Assembly (NCBI GenBank): GCA_018398765.1
Contig: JAHBMJ010000075.1
Coordinates: forward strand, 1 to 58,402
Length of the DNA: 58,402 nt
From: Chromera velia
Taxonomy: Eukaryota
Direction of reading: 5' to 3'
The notes below the pieces were generated by a model. It searched no databases. It worked only from the letters and a program-made list of their open reading frames with translations, and was not told the origin of the DNA. Shown here one piece after another: positions 51,101-58,402 of the stretch (the stretch's first letter is position 1; every line of letters begins with the position of its first letter). Made by a program: the position numbers and the translations under genes.

Positions 51101-54100
51101 AGCCGCTGTCTGTGTGCGGCCGTCTGTTTGTCGGCCTGCCTGTGTGTCCTTGAGGGTTTATCTGTGTATGCATAGGTCTGCTTCTCCTTTTTTGCAGTTG
51201 TGCTTTTGAGGGCACAGAATGGCAACAAGTTGTTCTGTATGAGCGGTCTGACGGGCAAATCCGGTCAGTAACCGTTTCTTTCCATCATTCTGTGACCTAT
51301 GATCTGCGCTCATATGCATGATCTGTTCGGTCTCTTCTTAACCGAGCTTCTGGCAGCTGTCTTTTCTTCACTTTCGTGAAGCCAACCAGGCCAATACAGC
51401 AGTTAGGCGACTCAGTCATCACTTTCTGTCATCTTGGGGTGCAACGGAAAGTCCTTGATGTTCTCATGAAACCCTGTATGCAGAGTTTGGTTGATCTAGA
51501 GAAGGTTATGCAGATTGTGTTTGCGTTTCCTCCTTTCCACATCTGTGTTGTTTGAATCACAAAGTGGTGTGCTTGCTGTGTTGTGCAGGTGGTTTGAGTG
51601 TGGAGGTCGACGTGACGTTTTTGACCCTGATCTTTTTTTCACAGAGGAGGCTGAGAAGAAGTCGTCATTGCTTCAGGAGAGGGAGAGGGACAGCAGGAGG
51701 GAACGCAAAATGGCAAAGCTGAGGCACCAGACGAAGGAAAAGGGGGGGGGAGCGAGGTTACAAGAGACACTTAAAGCAACGGTGGACGGCGGCACCGCTG
51801 TTGTTGAAGGAATGGGCCGAGGAGACAGGAAGAACACACCCTCACCAAGAAACAGCACCGAAATGAAGGCATCGGTGCCGGGGCCCTTCATTCTTAGAGG
51901 GTCAGCAAGTAAACCTGTGACCATTGAATCTTCCACAATGCTGTCTGTCTGTCTGTCTGTCTGTCAACTTGCCAATCGCATGGCAATTAATCGACACGCC
52001 TGTCGTTCATCTCCGGATTCCGCGAAGTTTTATTGGAGTCTCTTCTTCCGCTTGGTTCTCTGCATTTCTCTCTGCTAGAGAAGCTGCCTGGACTCCTTTG
52101 AAGGAAGGCGGGGAGCATGGGGTGGGGTTGTTTTGTGTCAACTCACTCATTCACTCACTCGCTGAACATGTGTCTGTTTGTGCGTGCAGGTGGGTGAGGG
52201 ACGTGACAGAAAGTCTGAAGGAGACAAAGGACTCCGAGAAGAGAACATCGCGGATGAGAAGGCTTCTCGCTGCATCCTTTGACGTCAGTCAGGTGACACT
52301 TCGGCTTCACAACATCGCGTCCCGTTCGTTTTCGTATAAGCTGGGGGGGAGGGACTTTAGGCAGAGGGACACGCGTTCGCCTTTTCTTGTATGCGGAATT
52401 TGAATTCGGCCTCTTGCTGGACTTCCTTTCTCTCTCCAGACTCCCCCACTCACCAGATTTTTCTCCGTGGTCTTTTCAATTTGATCATTGCCGTTAGACA
52501 CGAGTCCTCTGCACTGCAAAGCCTGTTCTCAACGTGTCAGTAGTTCGCATCCCTTGCCTAACGCTTCTCCTTCCTTTCCTCTTCTCTTTTTAATTGCGTC
52601 ATACCTGCATGCATGCATGCATGCATTGCTGCAGGCGACCCTGGTGATTGACCTCCAGGAGTTCGTCATCGTCGAGAGCTGCCCCCTCCTGGACGCACTG
52701 CACTCAATCCCCCTGGCAGGTGGGTAAGTGCATGGGGTGAATTGTGATAATGGAGATGGATGAGGTTTCCATGTCTTTTCCATCTGCCTTCTGGTTTGTC
52801 TCTTGCGCAGACGACTTCACCGGCAATGGACGAGACAACAGCAGCTTCAAAAGAGACCTTCCCCTCCATGCAATTGTGGCCCCTCGTCTGTCTCAGACTT
52901 TTTTACTCAGCTTGATACGCAGGGTGTGTCTCCTCATGAGTCTTGTGATCGATTAGTTTTCGCTTTTTCAAGCTGCATTGAAGCCTTTCTCGCATAGGAA
53001 GCGTGGATGGATGGTAATTTCTTGAGCTCTGCGCCTCTTCCTCTGCCGGATACCTCTCTCCCTTCCTCCCCCTCTGTCTCTCTTCAGACTTGGAATCTGT
53101 CCTGCATGTCGTTTTTCCCCTGCCTCCTCCCTCCCTCCATGCAGGCAAGCACGTCCTGTGCACATTCCAGCCGAGCGATGTGCAGGAGATGCTGCAGATG
53201 TTTGGGTCCCCTGAGGAGAGTCTTCTCTTGCAGGTCAGTCAGTCAGTCAGTCTGCAGAGAACAGGACATGCAGGGACTCTATGTAGGTATGTATTGAAGT
53301 CAGAGAAGGAATGAAGTGACTCCCAGTTGTTTGTAATCAAGAGCAGGCGTCCACAGCCGTCGCTTGCTCACCGAGCCTTCTCCCTCTCAGTGCAGCTTGC
53401 AAGGTCTTCCGACTATACTTTTCTGCAGAGTCTAGGCTCTGGAATGCACCGAGTACCTTTCCTTTTTGTGCCTCTTCTTGGGTATAATGACGGCCTGTTG
53501 TTTTCTCTGGATGTACCCACATGCAGGTCGAATTGCTTTGTGACCCCGTCGCTGGGTACCTGTCGATGTACGCCTCTCAGCCGGGGAACTCTCAGACAGG
53601 CGCGAATCCTTTTGGAATCGGAGAGACGGGAAGTGCGAGGGACAGCTGGATCTCTGCACCGTCTATCTATAGGTCTGTCTGTGCGTCTACAGGTTTGGGG
53701 AGCTAGGGCATTGAAGGGGCATGTGGGCGAAGTGAGCGCGTGCTTGTATGTGTGCTGGGAGAGGTCCTTTGTGCTATTGTTGAAGGCGAAAGCGAGGCCA
53801 ATCCGACCTCCCTGTCTATTTTTTATTTAACTCAGGCCTGATTGTCGTTTCTGAGTACGCTTTTTCAAGTCTGAGATGTGTATCTGTACGAGAAAAGCAA
53901 CTCTTCAGTACAGGCAGTAAACAAGACGGAGAGGCTAGAATCTGCTTTGCAAACGATGCAACTGGGGCACATGCGGGGAGACACAAGGCTGCACACACGT
54001 CCACCTAGAAAGAGGCCAGAAATCAGTTTAGCATCCATGTGTTTGATGTGTGAGCGTTCCTGCAGACAACTGGGAATGAGTCGTCCTCTGAAGGGGGGAC

Positions 54101-54857
54101 GTTCCGGACCTCCTCCCTGGGTCGGCACTGAGAGTGTCATATGCGACTGTGTCCTGGTGGCAGAGGAGGACGACCCCGCTCTCGTCTTTGTGGTCAGTCA
54201 GTCAACCTTACACAGCAATAATCAGCATAGATCGATCGATGTCCTTCGTCGACTCCTCCCAAGCTCCTCCCTGTGTCAATCATTGCTGGTATTGTGGAGC
54301 TTCTGTCCATTGATTTTTGTTCAGCATGTTCCCTCTTCCTTCTTTCCACAGGAGTTCCTGCCCTTTTCTTTTCTTTTGATTTCACGCCCACATGGTTAGA
54401 GTGAGTGAATGCCTGCAGGGCCTTCGTGATCTTCGGCAAGGGGACCAGCCGTTCGCCTTCGTGAAAGGACTCTGGGAGGCGCACGTGAGAGACACAGAGG
54501 CGCAACAAGCAGAGGTGAAAGAGAACAGTGCAAACCCCGCAGACGCAGCTCCAGAGATTCAGGGGGGAACAGAGCCAGGGCGGTACGGAGGGGCGTCGCC
54601 TCCCCCTGCGGTTTCATCTCAGAGGTGGTCAAGAAACGCGGCGGCCCTCCGAGAGTCTGCGTTTGCCACCATTCCGGAAGAGAGCCACGACAGCTCTGCT
54701 GCAGGGCCCACGGGGGGAGGGGGGGCAGTGAGGAGTCCCGAAGGGGAAGGGGGCGTGGCGTCTTCTCCCCCTCGGTCTGCCTCCAACCTTCAGCCCTACG
54801 ATGTTCTTGCAGTGACGGAGCTTCCTGAAGGGGGACCGGAGTCTTCCATTGTCAGTC

Positions 54858-54893
<36 letters not shown>

Positions 54894-55558
54894 TGTTGGC
54901 AGACACACACACACACACATACACACACACACACAGAGAGAGAAAGAGAGAGACTGAGACTGAGACTGAGACAGACGAGAAGACAGACAGACACAGAGAA
55001 AGAGACTGCCGCCCGTTGTGCCCCATAATACAGAACTCTCTAGAAATCAATGCTTCTTTCTCCATCTCTGCATGACCACCTGCCATTGCTCCCGTCTGAC
55101 TCCTGCGTTCATCTTCTCTGCCTCTCTGGATCCTTTTCGTTGTACAGCCTCGTCGTGCCCCCGCAAGTGCCGACGGGTCCTGGTGCAGTCGTCCCTCTCG
55201 AGAGTCCGCCCGGTCCGTTCTGCCTCCAACTGAGCGAACACTCTCGCGGCTTGATCGGATGGCCAACAGCCAGCAGAGCGGGCAGGGAAGCAACCAGGAC
55301 ACGGGGGAGATCCAGGCAGGGCCTTCCGGGGAGCCGCTGTGGGATCCCTCCGCGGCTCCTGTGGCTCCTCCGGGGGCGCCTGGGGGTCACGGTACGGGAC
55401 CGTGGATGGGGACGGGTCACGGCGGCACACCCCGGGGAGGGATGAGACGAGTCAGCAGTAGGGGGAGTTGGGGTGTCGCGGGCTCTTCAGACTCCGTAAC
55501 GTCCTCAGCAGGATTCCCTCTCGGAGGCCTCAATTGCTCTTCGCCAAATGACAACTAG
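36870..55558 (+). CDS. Large multi-pass membrane sensor: TM-Cache-like-TM x2, coiled coil, PAS-PAS, disordered tail; 34 exons, ~1979 aa
   Basis: Hand-spliced GT-AG exons with consistent phases: 36870-37137, 37535-37864, 38223-38329, 38748-38839, 39409-39690, 40268-40349, 40678-40823, 40989-41103, 41470-41619, 41977-42033, 42471-42588, 42893-43021, 43231-43309, 43617-43704, 44142-44462, 45065-45121, 45415-45697, 46021-46111, 46396-46528, 47114-47428, 47801-47902, 48296-48385, 48720-48851, 49870-49972, 50255-50762, 51198-51263, 51589-51900, 52190-52283, 52635-52719, 53145-53233, 53527-53672, 54066-54192, 54419-54850, 55148-55558 (5940 nt). An alternative last exon 55034-55075 is possible. Four hydrophobic segments; internal repeat YDIKINQMGFGYQG / YNLKIDQMGFGFKG; PAS signature SAWEWD...RSDGQIRWFECGG...ILRGWVRDVTE. 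Confidence 0.8.
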
Positions 55559-56300
55559 CTGGATTCAGATATATATGTAAGCATTTGGTAACTTATCCAT
55601 CTAGGCTAGAATCCATTGGTTGGTAACCAATTTTTGGTAACATTGAATGATAACTAACGATATCGGCCATTGAGTAGCACTAGCTGGCCGGATTAAAGTT
55701 AAATCTTGCACTTTCTATTATTTTGACTAAGATTTTAAGAATAACTTTGAGACTTTCAGTATAGGTTAAAAGAAGTTTAATTTAAAATTATCTTTAGTAA
55801 CTAGTTTCAATAGCGGTTTGTCGGATCTGAATTTTAATGTACTTTTAGCATGCACTCATTAAGTAGATAAAAAACAATCTCTAAACATTTCTATCATTTT
55901 TTTATACAGAATATTAGTGATTAGTGGTGCCCTAGAGCACTGTTGCCGTTTTGTCTTATAGAGGTCGCCCCCGCAAACAGCAGGGGGGTGTACCTCATCG
56001 CTGAGGCTCAGACCATACCCCATGGCCCGCCTGGTTTCCCAGGCTGCTAATAAACAACAATCTGTCTGTGCTTTGCATGTTTTGGTCTATGGGCTGCTCA
56101 GAAGGGACTGCTCCAAAAATCGATCCAATAACACAGGACGAAAGAACACTTTGGCTTTATGCACGCCCTCTCTCCATTCTTCTCTCAGCGATTTCTCCTT
56201 CTCCCTCCTTCAGCTATCTTCCTGCTTCCATTGCTTCCAAGATGGTCTTATATTCTTCTTTTCTTCTTTCCGTTCCTCCCTTTCTTTGTGTGATAAAGCT

Positions 56301-56374
56301 AGATAGGATAGGATAGGATAGGATTAATGTCTGGAGGATTGGCCTCCTGCCCCAATGCCGAGCGCTCGACGTGC
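56301..56374 (-). mobile_element. Second, very short 3'-end copy of the same LINE family
   Basis: (GGATA)n followed by GGATTAATGTCTGGAGGATTGGCCTCCTGCCCCAATGCCGA, closely matching 56468-56509. Confidence 0.65.
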
Positions 56375-56455
56375 AAGATAAAGCTTAGAAACCTAGTTAG
56401 AAACATGATCGATTATAATGCTTAGTTTCACTAGGAGTGCTAAATAGAACATCCT

Positions 56456-57509
56456 AGGATTAGGATTAGGATTAATGTTCGGAGGATTAGCCTCCCGCCC
56501 CAATGCCGAATGTCTGACGTGCGGCTTCCAGGGAAAGCGCCTAGACGCATCAGACCTCCCTGGCCGGCCCGTACAGGTCTTGCCTGTGCTGCGAACGGAT
56601 CATATTGAACAGTCAATCACCTGCGTGTGTATACAAGAGGGCTCACTCTATTCCAAAGCAGGGTTTGAAAGGGAACGATCCCAGAATTGCAGATGAACGG
56701 CTCGAAGCGAGTTCCAAAACCTCCCAACATCCCATCCTCCTCCTTTTTCCCTCCTCTTTTGCTTTCTTTGTATCACTCCACACCCTTTCATACTCTTTAA
56801 TTCTTCTCTCTCTTTCTTTTTCACTTTTCCAAGTCTCCTGATGCAGCCTATCTAACTCTCTTCCTAAAGCTTAACTCAAATTGTCTCCCTTTTTTCTTTT
56901 CCATTCTCTCACTACCTGTCTTTTCGTTATGATGTCTTTCAGAAAGGTATCGACATTCTTGTCGGCCTCATTCAAAAAAAAAGAGAATAGAGTGATCTTG
57001 TCTACCTTCCATTCATCACCCACTTTCCATCTGCTGCTATTTGCAGTTCTCTCCTCTCTCCCTTTCACCGAACTCCAATGCGTCATCAAAGCTTGCAAGC
57101 AGTCTGCCCTCTCTCCATTATGCAGAGGGCATTCAGTCAGCACATGGATTTCATCTTCAACTACTTGAATATCAAGCAGGTCAGAGCAAACCATGCATTT
57201 CCTTTCTGTCAATGGGGTCCCCTTGCCTCCTTCTATTGAGAACTTCCCCCTGTTTACCTCCAAGTTTCTCTCTTCCACCCAAAATGCAGCCCTTCTTCTG
57301 TGGACAGGCCAGGAAGCTATCTTTGTGTAGCAGACGGGAGTTCTCCCTATCTTATCTCTATCTAATGAAATGCTTCTGTCTGTATCTTCTCCATTCTTGC
57401 TGTTGTGAAGCCACAGATTTAGGCGATTTCTGTTGGATAGAGATGCATGGATAGGATGTATGACGCCTTCTCTCAGCTCTTCCCTCTCGGCCCTTCCTCT
57501 TTTCTGCAC
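56456..57509 (-). mobile_element. 5'-truncated non-LTR (LINE) 3' end with C-terminal CCHC finger, 3' UTR and microsatellite tail
   Basis: ORF 56871-57509 contains ERKCMVC...EDEIHVLTECPLH...R, the typical LINE ORF2 zinc knuckle. The element ends in a (TAATCC)n tail, seen on + as (GGATTA)n at 56456-56474. Confidence 0.75.
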
Positions 57510-57759
57510 TGACCTCTCAACTCTCTCTACAAATACTTCCTTTTTCCTCTTTATAATTTTTTAATTCCTTTTTCAGCGCTTCTATCCACCTTACTATTCT
57601 GTCTCTTCTCTCAAAGGAAGGTTATCTGCCTACAGCTTCTGGTTCTCTTCCTATCTGGAAAGTGCTCGAAATGTTAGGTTTGGATCTAGGTTTTAAAAAA
57701 CCAATGCAAGTAACACTGCAATCACTACTTGATTATAGTAGAACCTAGAGTAAAACACA

Positions 57760-58402
57760 ATGGTAAAAACTGATTCAAAACTGCTAAATGCTTATGGGAG
57801 AAAGCAGAGCACCCGTCAGGCTTGGTGGGACCCTCAATGCCACCTGATTCATTTGAAGGTGAAGGAGGCAGAGGAAAAGGCAAGACATGTTCCGAACCCT
57901 TCTCACCCTCTGCGAAAAGAATGTGTCAAACTGAGAAGGGAAAGAGCTCGACTGTTTGCAGCAAAAAGGAGTAAGCTCGAGCAACAGACAGCAGAGAGGC
58001 TAGCTAGAGAAGCAGCAGTTGACCCCTCGAAAGTTTGGCAATGGAACAGGAAAATCAAAACACAGAGGGGAGGGGATAATAAACCCGCTGCATCTTCTTT
58101 CACTCAGTTCTGGGCAGGGGTCTTCGACGGTCCTGGTCTTCCGCCTGCACCTGTTGGTCTGGCCTTCCCCCCTCCTTCTCAGCCCGCCTTCTCTATACAC
58201 ATGATCGAGGAAACACTGAAAGGAATTGACCCAAAGAAGGCGCTGGGTTTAGATGGGGTTGGCCCCTGTCACCTCTCGTTATGTTTTGGTTTTTCTCCTC
58301 TCTCCCGCTTGCTGCTCTTTGTCTTTTTCAATTTGTTTCACCTTTTTTCTTTTTGGCCTGAACGCTGGAATGTATTGCGCATTGCTCCCGTCCCCAAGGG
58401 CC
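57760..58402 (+). mobile_element. LINE ORF2 fragment (reverse transcriptase N-terminal region), running off the window
   Basis: Open frame to the window end, absent from the ORF track because it has no stop: AWWDPQC...IDPKKALGLDGV...FFNLF...WPERWNVLRIAPVPKG, matching the KAPGPDG and P..W....I.P.PK motifs of non-LTR RTs. Confidence 0.8.

Noticed and set aside
36870..55558. Bacterial contamination as the source of the chemoreceptor-like domains
   Set aside because: The gene carries 33 inferred spliceosomal introns with the same splice signals and microsatellites as neighbouring host genes.

Overview
Eukaryotic, intron-rich, microsatellite-laden nuclear DNA with GT-AG introns, many ...TGCAG acceptors, frequent TGCATG motifs and N gaps. 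The style suggests a chromerid/apicomplexan-relative alveolate such as Chromera; this is an inference, not a proven assignment. Three spliced + strand genes were reconstructed by hand: (1) an IGHMBP2/SMUBP-2-like SF1 helicase (6024-12011, 6 exons, ~1146 aa); (2) a coiled-coil protein (from 28892, 3' end uncertain); (3) a 34-exon, ~1979-aa membrane sensor (36870-55558). Gene 3 has two tandem TM-[Cache-like domain resembling cyanobacterial chemoreceptors]-TM modules, then a coiled coil and two PAS domains, with no recognisable output domain; it is the most interesting object here. The intergenic DNA holds an LTR element with non-canonical CG...CG termini and a 5-bp TSD, inserted into a decayed BED-finger hAT-like transposase. 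It also holds LINE fragments, MITE/foldback-like elements and a conserved hairpin module upstream of two unrelated genes. A 1209-bp exact tandem duplication is probably an assembly artefact.
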